A DNA stretch of 64,000 nucleotides from a virus (lineage: Duplodnaviria > Caudoviricetes), in IMG/VR virus record IMGVR_UViG_3300022752_000013; one strand, given 5' to 3'. Under the pieces are notes generated by a model that was not told the origin of the DNA, ran no database searches, and saw only the letters and a list, made by a program, of their open reading frames with translations. Positions 39,163-48,747 of this stretch are shown piece after piece. Position 1 is the stretch's first letter, and every line of letters starts with the position of its first letter. The position numbers and the translations under genes are program-made.

Positions 39163-39756
39163 ATGGAACACTTCTATCAAGACGTTGCCGGCTTTATGAG
39201 CCACAAAAACACAGTGATGCTTGACATAGTATTAGATCAGTTTCCTGAATCAGGCACCTGGGTTGAACTGGGATCCTGGACCGGGCGCAGTGCGGCCTAT
39301 TGTGTGGTTGAATTGCTTAATCGACAAAAACTAGGTAAATTTTATTGTGTGGACAGTTGGAAAGGTGAGGCCGATATAGCATATGACCCTGATACTGTGC
39401 AGGATCTTAAAAAAATATTTAGACAAAATGTAAAGCCAGTGATCAAACACATTACCATGCTGAATATGATGAGTTGGAATGCGGCCAAAAAGTTTGATGA
39501 TGATTCTGTGGACTTTTGTTATGTAGACGCAGGACACAGTTATGAAGCAGTGACCAAGGATCTTCGAGCATGGTGGCCAAAAATGCGACCAGGTGCCATG
39601 TTTGGCGGTGATGATTATACCAAAGGTTACCCGGGAGTACAACAGGCAGTTTGGGACTTCTTTGGCCCACTGGGTATAAAGGTACGTAGAGCAGGACGTT
39701 GTTGGCTGATAACAAAACCAAATGACCCTGAGCAAACTGATTTAAATACCATATGA
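39163..39756 (+). CDS. Class I SAM methyltransferase (Methyltransf_24-like)
   Basis: VELGSWTGRS, CVDSW.G, FCYVDAGHSYE.V..D...WWPK.RPG...GGDDY. Confidence 0.85.
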   Translation: MEHFYQDVAGFMSHKNTVMLDIVLDQFPESGTWVELGSWTGRSAAYCVVELLNRQKLGKFYCVDSWKGEADIAYDPDTVQDLKKIFRQNVKPVIKHITMLNMMSWNAAKKFDDDSVDFCYVDAGHSYEAVTKDLRAWWPKMRPGAMFGGDDYTKGYPGVQQAVWDFFGPLGIKVRRAGRCWLITKPNDPEQTDLNTI

Positions 39757-40391
39757 ACAAATCCTGGTTAGAACATTATCGTAGCACATACTACGAATTA
39801 TTAAGCCCCGAAGTCAGTGGAGCGAAACGACTGTTAGTCGAAGGCATTTACAAACGTGCCATTGGTTTCGACATCATGTTTCGTTTGTTGCTGAATCAAC
39901 GCAGAGAAAACTTTTCTATCATTGAAACTGGCACCTTGCGCACACCTGGCAACTGGAAAGACGGGCAAAGTGCCGCGCTGTTTACAGAGTTTGTGGACTG
40001 GCATGAGGGACAGATGCGTAGTGTAGACATTGATCCAGAAGCAGTGGCGGCTGCACGTGGACACATTGTTAGTGATCGATTTAGTGTGGCTTGCAGTGAC
40101 AGTGTGACCTGGCTTGAATCGTTGACTGACTTGAATCAAGTTGACTTGTACTATCTAGATTCCTGGGATGTCAAATGGGATGACGACACAGATAGTGCCA
40201 ATCATCACCTGAAAGAGTTTCTGGTAATCGAGCCGCACCTGAAGCCAGGTTGCGTAGTGGCTATAGATGACAACAGTCGTTGGTATGCTAACAATCGCCG
40301 CACAGGCAAAGGTCGCGCTGTTGTGGAATATCTTGAAGCAAAGAATCATCTGCCCATTTACGACGAATATCAAATTATATTTCAATTTTAA
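39753..40391 (+). CDS. Class I SAM methyltransferase
   Basis: IIETGT.R, SVDID, CSDSV..L, DLYYLDS.D, L.PG..VAIDD. Confidence 0.75.
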   Translation: MNKSWLEHYRSTYYELLSPEVSGAKRLLVEGIYKRAIGFDIMFRLLLNQRRENFSIIETGTLRTPGNWKDGQSAALFTEFVDWHEGQMRSVDIDPEAVAAARGHIVSDRFSVACSDSVTWLESLTDLNQVDLYYLDSWDVKWDDDTDSANHHLKEFLVIEPHLKPGCVVAIDDNSRWYANNRRTGKGRAVVEYLEAKNHLPIYDEYQIIFQF

Positions 40392-41182
40392 TGGTCATAG
40401 ATACTTTTTTATTCAATGACGAATTCGACATGCTGGACATACACCTAGCAATCACCGATCACTATGTTGACCGCTGGATAGTGCTGGAAGCCAGTAGAAC
40501 ATTCAGTGGCATACCCAAGCCCTATAACTTGACCAACAATTTGCAACAGTACCAAGAAAAATATCCAGATCGTATCCAAGTGGTCACATTAGAACTAAAT
40601 GAAGATCAAACCAATTTAATTTGCGAAACCATGATGCGCCAGGGTCTACAACCGGCCATTGATCAATACAGCGCCGACGACATTGTGATACATGGTGACC
40701 TTGATGAGATCATAGATCCTACCAAATGGTCAGCCATTGTCGACTTGATGAATGCTAACGATTGTGCAGTCACTTGTGGATTTGAAATGTACATGTACCG
40801 GTTTGACCAAAAGGCCGAACGTAACTGGAAAGGCAGTGTGGCGGCTCGTAAACACATGTTTGTGACCCCACACGAATTATACAAAGGCAACAGCACCAAA
40901 CGAAAAGATCGTAGTCATTGTGTAGGATTTAAAGAAGCAGTGGGTTGGCATTGGACCTGGATTGGTACAGACGAACTGGTAAAAAACAAAGCACGAAGTT
41001 GTATCGAAAGCCAACACAGAGACCCTGAACAAATACTTGAAGCATTCAAACGCCTGGACACTATTTCTGCAATCAATCACAAATGTACCACACACACCAT
41101 TGATACTGCATACCCTGAATCTGTACAAAACGTACTGAAGAATTACCCACAATATTGGACCCATGCTCCGGTGGTTGAATGA
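40391..41182 (+). CDS. Glycosyltransferase family 17-like (N-acetylglucosaminyltransferase)
   Basis: IDTFLFNDEFDML, VDRWIVLEA..TFSG.PKP, IHGDLDEI, GWHWTW. Confidence 0.75.
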   Translation: MVIDTFLFNDEFDMLDIHLAITDHYVDRWIVLEASRTFSGIPKPYNLTNNLQQYQEKYPDRIQVVTLELNEDQTNLICETMMRQGLQPAIDQYSADDIVIHGDLDEIIDPTKWSAIVDLMNANDCAVTCGFEMYMYRFDQKAERNWKGSVAARKHMFVTPHELYKGNSTKRKDRSHCVGFKEAVGWHWTWIGTDELVKNKARSCIESQHRDPEQILEAFKRLDTISAINHKCTTHTIDTAYPESVQNVLKNYPQYWTHAPVVE

Positions 41183-41991
41183 AAACTCGCGAGCAACTGA
41201 AACAAGAGCACCGTGAGGCTAGAGAAGCACATCGTGCGGCCAAGTACCAAGAGCCTGTTGTGACCGAAGCAGACCCTAATGCACCTGTGGATTGTGCCTG
41301 CGTAATACACGGCGATGTCTATAGTTGGCAATATGTAGACACTCTTTACAGTATGTTGAGTCGCAATTTGTCTAGAAAAATTCGCATGCATGTATACACT
41401 GAACATGATCGCGATGTGCCTGCGCACATGATCAAACATGTGTTGACAGAATGGCCAGGCATACGTGGAAGTAAAAAATCTTGGTGGTACAAAATGCAGT
41501 TGTTTAATCCTGCACACTATTCGGGGCAGTTGTTATATCTAGATCTTGACACAGTTGTAGTAAACAGTTTAGATTGGATAACCAAACTCAGTTCAGATCG
41601 CCTTTGGACCATTAGAGATTTCAAGACACTTTGGAGACCCAGATTCCAGGGTATCAATAGCAGTGTGATGTATTGGCACACTGAAAAGTTTGCAGATATC
41701 TGGACAGAGTTTAGCAAACAAAATATACCTAAAATGTGTAGCAAATATCACGGTGATCAGGATTACTTGAGTGCGGTGTTAACACCCACCCAAAGACGTT
41801 TTTTTCCAGAAAAGTCGGCGCTAAGTTGGCGCTGGCAAACACTAGATGGGGGTATGGACCCGTACACACGCAAGTATCTAATCCCTGGAGCAGGCACACA
41901 ATTTGGCTCGGAAACTAGCCTGCTAATTTTTCATGGGCAACCCAAACCTGATCAAGTGCAAGATTCTGTAATAAAAAATCATTGGCATTAG
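41179..41991 (+). CDS. Glycosyltransferase (GT8-like)
   Basis: WWYKMQLF, LYLDLDTVV, INSSVMYW, GDQDYL, IFHGQPKP. Confidence 0.8.
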   Translation: MKTREQLKQEHREAREAHRAAKYQEPVVTEADPNAPVDCACVIHGDVYSWQYVDTLYSMLSRNLSRKIRMHVYTEHDRDVPAHMIKHVLTEWPGIRGSKKSWWYKMQLFNPAHYSGQLLYLDLDTVVVNSLDWITKLSSDRLWTIRDFKTLWRPRFQGINSSVMYWHTEKFADIWTEFSKQNIPKMCSKYHGDQDYLSAVLTPTQRRFFPEKSALSWRWQTLDGGMDPYTRKYLIPGAGTQFGSETSLLIFHGQPKPDQVQDSVIKNHWH

Positions 41992-42019
41992 GCTAAATAC
42001 ATCAAAAGGAGATACTAAT

Positions 42020-42553
42020 ATGGGTACAAAACAAGTTAAAGTTGGATTTTTAATAGTTGCTGATGATCAAGTGTCAGCAAACGTAACTATTGCTTTCAAT
42101 GGCGTACAAAAATGGTCAGGACCATTGGCAAACACTAACGATTCTATTCCTGATTACGACACACCAGATGTTCCATATTCTTACGCTACATTTGATTTGG
42201 ACATACAAGACACTCCTGTACCATTGATAAGTGGGATGACAACTGCTAAAGATGTTACATTCACTGTGACAGGTGGTGATGCTATTTTTAAGACTATGTC
42301 ATCAAACTATGGTATCAGCAGGCAAGAAATAACTCCTCCAACTGACCCGGTGACCTATCAACTCATGCCCGGGACCTCAACTGAGTTTAATCAGATACTA
42401 CCAACCGCACAACCCACTTGGAATGATGTACCTCTCCTGGATAGATTTAATTTTGCTGATGACCCATGGGGACCCATGTTGGTTGAACCGGACGAACTAT
42501 TGGAATTTCCAGTCCAGATACAATGGTACAACGATTCTCTACCTACACCTTGA
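42020..42553 (+). CDS. Hypothetical (likely late/virion) protein
   Basis: TAAATA and AAGGAGA RBS upstream; terminator downstream. Confidence 0.65.
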   Translation: MGTKQVKVGFLIVADDQVSANVTIAFNGVQKWSGPLANTNDSIPDYDTPDVPYSYATFDLDIQDTPVPLISGMTTAKDVTFTVTGGDAIFKTMSSNYGISRQEITPPTDPVTYQLMPGTSTEFNQILPTAQPTWNDVPLLDRFNFADDPWGPMLVEPDELLEFPVQIQWYNDSLPTP

Positions 42554-42578
42554 TTTTAAATCCAGAGTATTACTAGCG

Positions 42579-42593
42579 AAAAGTACTACTTTT
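42579..42593. promoter_or_regulatory. Palindrome AAAAGTA-C-TACTTTT (operator-like)
   Basis: Perfect 7-1-7 palindrome, repeated at 42905-42919. Confidence 0.5.
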
Positions 42594-42597
42594 GTAA

Positions 42598-42626
42598 CAA
42601 CCCTGCCCTGTGCAGGGTTTTTCTTT
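42598..42626 (+). terminator. Rho-independent terminator
   Basis: AACCCTGC-CCTGT-GCAGGGTT followed by a T-run. Confidence 0.8.
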
Positions 42627-42631
42627 GGCAG

Positions 42632-42660
42632 TTGACCAGGAATTTACAATTTGCTATAAT
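42632..42660 (+). promoter_or_regulatory. sigma70-type promoter
   Basis: TTGACC-17-TATAAT. Confidence 0.85.
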
Positions 42661-42690
42661 CGTTGCATACAAACAAAAAAGGAACCTAAA

Positions 42691-42912
42691 ATGAATATCA
42701 AACTCCGAGCCGCATTTCAAACAGCAGGAATTCTTGCTGTGATTTGTACCGTATCAGTTGGTGTACAACTTTTGTTAACAGGTTTAACTGCTGATGAAAT
42801 CTCTAAAATTCTGTCAGTAGGAAGTATTACACTTTTGGTATATTGCATGTACCAATTGGTGCTGAGCCGCTTGGAATACACCCAAAAAGTCAATGAAATC
42901 GTTAAAAAGTAA
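42691..42912 (+). CDS. Small membrane protein
   Basis: AAGGAA RBS and ATG at 42691. Two hydrophobic segments. Confidence 0.65.
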   Translation: MNIKLRAAFQTAGILAVICTVSVGVQLLLTGLTADEISKILSVGSITLLVYCMYQLVLSRLEYTQKVNEIVKK

Positions 42913-42955
42913 TACTTTTAGCGTAGTTGACCAATAATTCAAAATCGGCTATAAT
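42905..42955 (+). promoter_or_regulatory. Palindrome AAAAGTA-A-TACTTTT plus sigma70 promoter
   Basis: Palindrome at 42905-19; TTGACC (42927)-17-TATAAT (42950). Confidence 0.8.
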
Positions 42956-42989
42956 ATAGACTTAGTAACACACAAAAGGGCTAGTAACC

Positions 42990-44012
42990 ATGAGTGCAAT
43001 TCGAGTAGTAAACGGTACATACCGTAACAAACCCGTCCGTAATCAAGAATTTGTTCTTGTCAGCGGTTTCCAAACTGGCGCCAAAGGTAACTATGTTACT
43101 GTGAAAAATAATGGCACCTTCCCAAACTGCCCTGAAACGATTCGTATCAGCGTTGACAACATATCAGAAATAGAGTATACTAACGGCATGACACAATCCA
43201 ATACTGTACACTTTGAAAAGCCCGCTCCTGTTGTTGAATCTGATGAGGATGCAATGACTCGTATCCGCGAGCGTTTTGACATTCTTACAGAGATGACCAA
43301 GGCCGCCACAGCCGGCGACATCCGTGCTATGATTGTGAGCGGCCCCCCTGGGGTTGGCAAGAGTTTTGGTGTTGAGCAAGAAATCGAAAAGGCCTGCTTG
43401 TTTGACAAGATCTCAGGCAAGAAACTTCGTGCAGAAGTTGTCAAAGGTAGTGCCACACCCATTGGTCTGTTCCAAACACTTTACAAATACTCCGACGCCA
43501 ATTGCGTGTTGGTGTTTGACGACTGTGACAGCATTTTGCTAGATGACGTGGCTCTTAACTTGTTAAAGGGTGCCTTGGACTCCGGCAAGAAACGTACTAT
43601 TTCATGGTTGAGTGAGAGCAGTGCCTTGCGCCGTGAAGGGATCCCAGATCGGTTCGAGTTCAAAGGTAGTGTTATTTTCATTACTAACTTGAAGTTTGAT
43701 CAAATGAAATCGCAAAAATTGCGTGATCACTTGGATGCTTTGCAAAGCCGTTGTCATTATCTGGATCTGACCTTGGACTCACAGCGTGACAAATTGTTGC
43801 GCATCAAACAGATTGCCAAAGATGGTGTGCTGTTTTCAGACTATGACTTTGATGACGCCACACAAGACGACATCATCGATTTTATGCATGCCAACAAAGA
43901 TCGTTTACGCGAGTTGAGTTTGCGCATGGCACTGAAGATTGCAGACCTGCGCAAGATGTCGATGCTGAATTGGAAACGTCTAGCAGAGACAACTTGTATG
44001 AAGAGTGCCTAA
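42990..44012 (+). CDS. AAA-family P-loop ATPase
   Basis: GPPGVGKS Walker A, LVFDDCD Walker B, IFITN sensor, ALQSR arginine finger. Confidence 0.85.
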   Translation: MSAIRVVNGTYRNKPVRNQEFVLVSGFQTGAKGNYVTVKNNGTFPNCPETIRISVDNISEIEYTNGMTQSNTVHFEKPAPVVESDEDAMTRIRERFDILTEMTKAATAGDIRAMIVSGPPGVGKSFGVEQEIEKACLFDKISGKKLRAEVVKGSATPIGLFQTLYKYSDANCVLVFDDCDSILLDDVALNLLKGALDSGKKRTISWLSESSALRREGIPDRFEFKGSVIFITNLKFDQMKSQKLRDHLDALQSRCHYLDLTLDSQRDKLLRIKQIAKDGVLFSDYDFDDATQDDIIDFMHANKDRLRELSLRMALKIADLRKMSMLNWKRLAETTCMKSA

Positions 44013-44113
44013 AAGAGTTTGAGGGTCACACCGCCTGGACACTTCTCTTAGTAATAAGACACTAGATCCTGCAACCGTGACCCTCCCCAATTAATAATTT
44101 TTTAAGGATTGAT

Positions 44114-44287
44114 ATGGCAGGCAAAGCAAAATCGGTTTACCTAACAGTGACTCCCAAAGGTCAATTCCAGACTGTTTTTCGCAAGACATTTTTTGATGCC
44201 AAAGGATACAACGACTATGTCAAGAGTGAAGAGTTCAAGACCAAATGGCCCAGTGATCAATTTGATGTTATAAAGGAAACCTACTGA
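44114..44287 (+). CDS. Small hypothetical protein (57 aa, MAGKAKSVYL...)
   Basis: Read manually. AAGGA RBS; TGATG overlap with the next ORF. Confidence 0.6.
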   Translation: MAGKAKSVYLTVTPKGQFQTVFRKTFFDAKGYNDYVKSEEFKTKWPSDQFDVIKETY

Positions 44288-44388
44288 TGTACGAAATTTA
44301 TGATGGTGACTTTTTGTTGTTCACAACAAACGACACAGAAGAAGCAGACTATTACAAGATTGAAGGATACATTGTACGAAAGGTTTAG
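44287..44388 (+). CDS. Small hypothetical protein (33 aa, MYEIYDGDFLLF...)
   Basis: Read manually. Coupled start, followed by terminators. Confidence 0.5.
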   Translation: MYEIYDGDFLLFTTNDTEEADYYKIEGYIVRKV

Positions 44389-44406
44389 TGCGTGATACTC
44401 CAGATC

Positions 44407-44478
44407 AGGATCGCTAACTCTTACTAGCCCGGCGATCCTTTTACAACAGGTACCCTTTAAAAAGGTACCTGTTTTTTT
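44407..44478 (+). terminator. Tandem terminators
   Basis: AGGATCGC/GCGATCCT plus T-run, then ACAGGTACC/GGTACCTGT plus T-run. Confidence 0.7.
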
Positions 44479-44505
44479 GACTTTTGTTTGCAATAAGTAT
44501 ATACT
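44477..44505 (+). promoter_or_regulatory. sigma70-type promoter, probably leaderless
   Basis: TTGACT-17-TATACT, with ATG 6 nt downstream. Confidence 0.75.
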
Positions 44506-44511
44506 GTATCT

Positions 44512-45411
44512 ATGTCACAACAATATCTACATATTGAGTTAAACAAGGACTATACACTTGATTTCAAAATACACAACACGCCAATGGCCGATCTTTGGCT
44601 TGAGCGTATGGACTTGCGACACCCATATCCTATAGATCACCCTGACAGATTTTACGGCTTCGATTCTCAAGAACAGGAAATTTCTCGTGCAGAAAAAATG
44701 ATTCAAGATTGTATTGCCACAATCAATGGTTACCAACCAATTATCGAGCGTGAGTTTACCAATGTATATGATCAAGACTGTTTAAACTATCTGCACAATA
44801 TTTTTGAACGATATCATGGGTTATTAAATCAACAAAAAACTATTTGGTGGCTAAGAGCCCCAAACCCTGTAAAAAAGGCACTGGCAGAATTGAATTTGGC
44901 AGTTCACCGTTGTGAAACTTGCTCAAAATCAATTCTCAACAGATTTGTATGCACCTGGTATGGTGTACCCAAAGATGTTGTGTTACCCGAACATCTCATG
45001 ATGCAATATGGAGAGTTGTCTCCGCCTTTTGGCAGTGTGTGTATAAATTACACAGAGGTTGGCAAGACATTATTGGATCTTTCAATGGATAACGACGAAT
45101 ACATTGGCGATGATGCATTTCAACCATTCCATCATTATAGTCCAGATTTTGTAGTGAGGATGTACGAATTATCACCCGAACGAATAGACAAAATATTAAA
45201 AAACATGCAAACTTACTATCAAGAACATTATGATTTTTTTAGCAGTCGCGGATTGACAGATTTTAACCATGTTAAATTACAGCCGCTAGTCTTTCCTGTT
45301 GCTCAGTTAATAGAAACTACCACAAGAGAACAACTGCTTAAAGACATACAACAAAGACAATATATTACCAGAGTTTATATAGATGAAACGATGCACCATA
45401 CAAATCCGTGA
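44512..45411 (+). CDS. Hypothetical protein
   Basis: AT-rich 299-aa ORF. No family recognised. Confidence 0.7.
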   Translation: MSQQYLHIELNKDYTLDFKIHNTPMADLWLERMDLRHPYPIDHPDRFYGFDSQEQEISRAEKMIQDCIATINGYQPIIEREFTNVYDQDCLNYLHNIFERYHGLLNQQKTIWWLRAPNPVKKALAELNLAVHRCETCSKSILNRFVCTWYGVPKDVVLPEHLMMQYGELSPPFGSVCINYTEVGKTLLDLSMDNDEYIGDDAFQPFHHYSPDFVVRMYELSPERIDKILKNMQTYYQEHYDFFSSRGLTDFNHVKLQPLVFPVAQLIETTTREQLLKDIQQRQYITRVYIDETMHHTNP

Positions 45412-46852
45412 TGAAGTAAACATCCGACTAGAAGGACTAGATCTAGATGTTCGCAAGGCCTTGGTCACGGCTTTCAAATACGAAAACCCGGCCGCACGTT
45501 ACATGCCAGCAGTGCGACTGGGACGCTGGGATGGTAAGGTTGCATACTTCCAACTTGGCGGCAGTACATACACAAACTTGCTGCCTGAGATTGTTCCCAT
45601 CCTTGAAAAGTTTGATTACGACATTGAGATAGATGATCAAAGAGAGTACTCTACCTCATTTGAGTTTCAACAGGTGCGTGAGGATTCGTTTGCACACATC
45701 ATGTGGCCTAAAGGTCACCCTGCTGTGGGTGAACCCATCATCATGAGAGACTATCAAGTTGAGATTGTGAACAACTTTCTGGCCAATCCGCAATGCCTGC
45801 AAGAAGTGGCCACAGGAGCAGGCAAAACAATCATGACAGCGGCCTTGTCCAATGCTGTCACACCATATGGCCGCAGTATCGTTATTGTGCCCAACAAGAG
45901 TCTAGTGACGCAAACAGAAAAAGACTACATCAACATGGAGCAAGATGTGGGTGTGTTCTTTGGCGATAGAAAAGAATACGGACGCACACATACCATTTGT
46001 ACCTGGCAAAGTTTGAATGTGCTGTTAAAGAACACCAAGGCAGGCACAGGCAAAGTGACCATTGGCGAGTTTTTGGAAGGTGTGGTATGTGTTATTGTAG
46101 ACGAAGTACACATGGCCAAAGCAGATGCACTCAAAACTTTGCTAACTGGTGTGATGGCTAGAGTGCCAATTCGGTGGGGGTTGACCGGAACTATTCCCAA
46201 AGAGAAGTTTGAAAGCCAATCGTTGTTGGTTAGTCTTGGACCTGTTATTGGACGCTTGAGTGCTAATGAGTTACAGCAACAAGGTGTACTGGCTCAATGC
46301 CACGTGAACATTGTGCAACTGGTTGATCACGTGGAGTATAAAGAGTATCAAAGTGAACTTAAATACCTGCTGGAAGAGTCGGGGCGATTGGACACCATGG
46401 CCGACCTTATACGTCGGGTAAACGAAACAGGCAACACCTTGGTGCTTGTGGACAGGGTAGCCGCAGGGCATGCCTTAGTAGAGCGCCTGGGTGATCGTGC
46501 TGTGTTTGTATCCGGAGCGACCAAAGCAAAGGACCGTCAAGATGAATACGACGAAGTTGCAGAGTCAACAGACAAAATTATCGTGGCCACGTATGGTGTG
46601 GCCGCTGTTGGAATTAACATTCCGCGAATTTTTAATTTGGTTCTCATTGAACCTGGCAAAAGTTTTGTTAGAGTTATCCAAAGCATCGGGCGCGGAATTC
46701 GAAAAGCAGAAGACAAAGATCACGTGCAAATTTGGGACATTACTTCCACCTGCAAGTTTGCCAAGCGACACCTGACCAAACGCAAAACTTTTTATCGCGA
46801 GGCCAACTACCCTTTCACTCAAGAAAAACTAGAGTGGATGAAGATAGCATGA
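45383..46852 (+). CDS. uvsW: Superfamily 2 DNA helicase (UvsW-like)
   Basis: MRDYQ, ATGAGKT, IVDEVH, GLTGT, ATYGVAAVGINIPRI, QSIGRG.R. Confidence 0.9.
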   Translation: MKRCTIQIRDEVNIRLEGLDLDVRKALVTAFKYENPAARYMPAVRLGRWDGKVAYFQLGGSTYTNLLPEIVPILEKFDYDIEIDDQREYSTSFEFQQVREDSFAHIMWPKGHPAVGEPIIMRDYQVEIVNNFLANPQCLQEVATGAGKTIMTAALSNAVTPYGRSIVIVPNKSLVTQTEKDYINMEQDVGVFFGDRKEYGRTHTICTWQSLNVLLKNTKAGTGKVTIGEFLEGVVCVIVDEVHMAKADALKTLLTGVMARVPIRWGLTGTIPKEKFESQSLLVSLGPVIGRLSANELQQQGVLAQCHVNIVQLVDHVEYKEYQSELKYLLEESGRLDTMADLIRRVNETGNTLVLVDRVAAGHALVERLGDRAVFVSGATKAKDRQDEYDEVAESTDKIIVATYGVAAVGINIPRIFNLVLIEPGKSFVRVIQSIGRGIRKAEDKDHVQIWDITSTCKFAKRHLTKRKTFYREANYPFTQEKLEWMKIA

Positions 46853-47499
46853 AGAAGTTGCTAGTAGTAGGTGACAGTTTCATGCACCCTGACACAAATT
46901 TTCCTGGTCAACATTGGAGTGAAATGTTGCCTGAATATGAAATAATCATGCTTTCTCAACCAGGTTCAACCAATGGCATGATAGCCTGGCAGTTTTTTGA
47001 AGGATTAAAACTCAACCCTGATGCAGTGGTGTTAGGATTCACTGAACCCAATAGAATTGAGTTTGAAGCAACTGTTGAGCAACAAAAAAACTTTAAAAGA
47101 AAATGGTTAAGCAACGGGCACACAAGTTTAACATCTGATCAAAAACTAGCGGTAGATTATTATGTTGCACTGTCTGATGATCAAATGAATCGATTTAAAT
47201 CATGTGTAATAGCAAGAGGGTTATTTCTCACTTGCGAGAGTCAAGGTATACCCTATGCATATACGCTAAACGGACTTTTTAATAACCTTCATCATTTGCC
47301 GTACCCATCAGATCCTGATGTTAACAATATATTGAAAGAATTCTTTCATAGAATGTGTGCAACCAATTTGGCCACCTACCCTAAGTTTAAACAGTCACCA
47401 GGATTTCATACAGATGACCTGAGTTGGCAACAAAGATTTGCCCAGGAGGCCAGAGAAATATTGCAACAACCCATTGACAATACTATACAAATAGTATAA
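46849..47499 (+). CDS. SGNH/GDSL-like hypothetical protein
   Basis: LLVVGDSF, G.TN, FHT near the C-terminus. Start at the ATGA overlap (46849). Confidence 0.45.
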   Translation: MKKLLVVGDSFMHPDTNFPGQHWSEMLPEYEIIMLSQPGSTNGMIAWQFFEGLKLNPDAVVLGFTEPNRIEFEATVEQQKNFKRKWLSNGHTSLTSDQKLAVDYYVALSDDQMNRFKSCVIARGLFLTCESQGIPYAYTLNGLFNNLHHLPYPSDPDVNNILKEFFHRMCATNLATYPKFKQSPGFHTDDLSWQQRFAQEAREILQQPIDNTIQIV

Positions 47500-47502
47500 A
47501 AT
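47474..47502 (+). promoter_or_regulatory. sigma70-type promoter, probably leaderless
   Basis: TTGACA-17-TAAAAT, with ATG 6 nt downstream. Confidence 0.75.
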
Positions 47503-47508
47503 AAAACC

Positions 47509-48009
47509 ATGCGCATACTAACACTCGACAACGCTCCTTATGATCTTGATCATTTGCCTGAACAGGTAGAAGACATGAGATTTGCAATCTTGGACAATTC
47601 AGATCCTGCTAACCCAGACTATCATTATATTCCATTAATCTTTTTGGAAAGTTTTAATGCACCTGCCTTGGTGCTACAGATAGGCACCAACAGAATACGA
47701 ATGCCGGTAGACTGGCAAATACTCATTGGAGAACCCGATGTGGGTGATCTAGAAGTGCTACCATTGACCAGTATCAATGATAGAGGATTCCGTGCATTCC
47801 AATTCAATCCATTAAGCAGTTTCCGTCCCTCCTTTCCTAACATAGAGATAGTAGATGTGTATCAAGAAGTGGCCTGGTATGCACCCAAACTCAAAAACGG
47901 TCAAATGTTGTGTGTGCCTATAGACGATAGTGCCACTCCGGACTGTGTGTATTTTGTGAAAGACGTTAGTCGCAACTGCGAGATAGTGGACTACAACAAG
48001 GCCTGGTAA
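47509..48009 (+). CDS. Hypothetical beta-rich protein
   Basis: First gene of a tightly coupled operon. Confidence 0.7.
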   Translation: MRILTLDNAPYDLDHLPEQVEDMRFAILDNSDPANPDYHYIPLIFLESFNAPALVLQIGTNRIRMPVDWQILIGEPDVGDLEVLPLTSINDRGFRAFQFNPLSSFRPSFPNIEIVDVYQEVAWYAPKLKNGQMLCVPIDDSATPDCVYFVKDVSRNCEIVDYNKAW

Positions 48010-48308
48010 TGGGAACACTCAAGCCCAATACCACTTACATTTACGAACGTGCCGACGGTGTTGTATATGCTCGAGAGTCAGGCGCTGACCCAAGTACCCG
48101 AATTGAAGTGGGCTATGAGTATGATCCTGTCTCGGGGCACCGGATAGATTACGATTCAAGAACAGGTAACGGCAGACCCTTGCATGACCATATTATGGAA
48201 GACAAGATGTGGGGTGAAATACGTCGTACTGCAAAAATCAATCCCACTTTACAAGATGCACTAGAACGTGCTATAATGATCTATCAATTGAGCAAAGAAC
48301 ATGAGTGA
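48009..48308 (+). CDS. Hypothetical protein
   Basis: TAATG-coupled ORF. Confidence 0.65.
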   Translation: MGTLKPNTTYIYERADGVVYARESGADPSTRIEVGYEYDPVSGHRIDYDSRTGNGRPLHDHIMEDKMWGEIRRTAKINPTLQDALERAIMIYQLSKEHE

Positions 48309-48747
48309 CAAACTAAACATTGCCAACGAGATGCGTATGTTTGACCGCAAGGTTAGATCATTCTATGACGATCTCACACCCGAGGAAAAGAAAAAGTTTT
48401 CAACCTATCTCATGATACGTTGGGGTTCGGCAGTGGAGGGCTCAAGAGAACTGCAAGAATTCTATGTAATTGCCACCAACGAGCGCCTGAACAAACACTT
48501 TTTTGATGTAGCCAAACATCCTAAATTGCAGTGGCTCATGGCTACCAGTGTAAGTCCAGGATTGGGCACACCAAGACATCCGTGGATTGCGCCCCGTAAA
48601 AAAGAAGCAGGACTCAGTGCCAAACGTCGAGCATTAATGTCCATGTACCCTGACTATAAAGATGATGAAATTGATGTCATGGCACAGATAACAACACAAA
48701 AAGAAATTGACGCTTACAACAAGCAAGCAGGTAATGAAAAGAAATGA
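48301..48747 (+). CDS. Possible clamp-loader small subunit (T4 gp62-like)
   Basis: KKFSTYLMIRWGS...TNE.LNKH...KLQW....S.G....HPWI echoes the gp62 pattern. Confidence 0.45.
   Translation: MSDKLNIANEMRMFDRKVRSFYDDLTPEEKKKFSTYLMIRWGSAVEGSRELQEFYVIATNERLNKHFFDVAKHPKLQWLMATSVSPGLGTPRHPWIAPRKKEAGLSAKRRALMSMYPDYKDDEIDVMAQITTQKEIDAYNKQAGNEKK

Noticed and set aside
44388-44480. tRNA gene
   Set aside because: No cloverleaf, T-loop consensus or CCA; two hairpins with T-runs fit tandem terminators.
47509-48009. Free-standing intein/Hint domain
   Set aside because: Beta-rich appearance only; lacks an N-terminal Cys/Ser and a C-terminal His-Asn.
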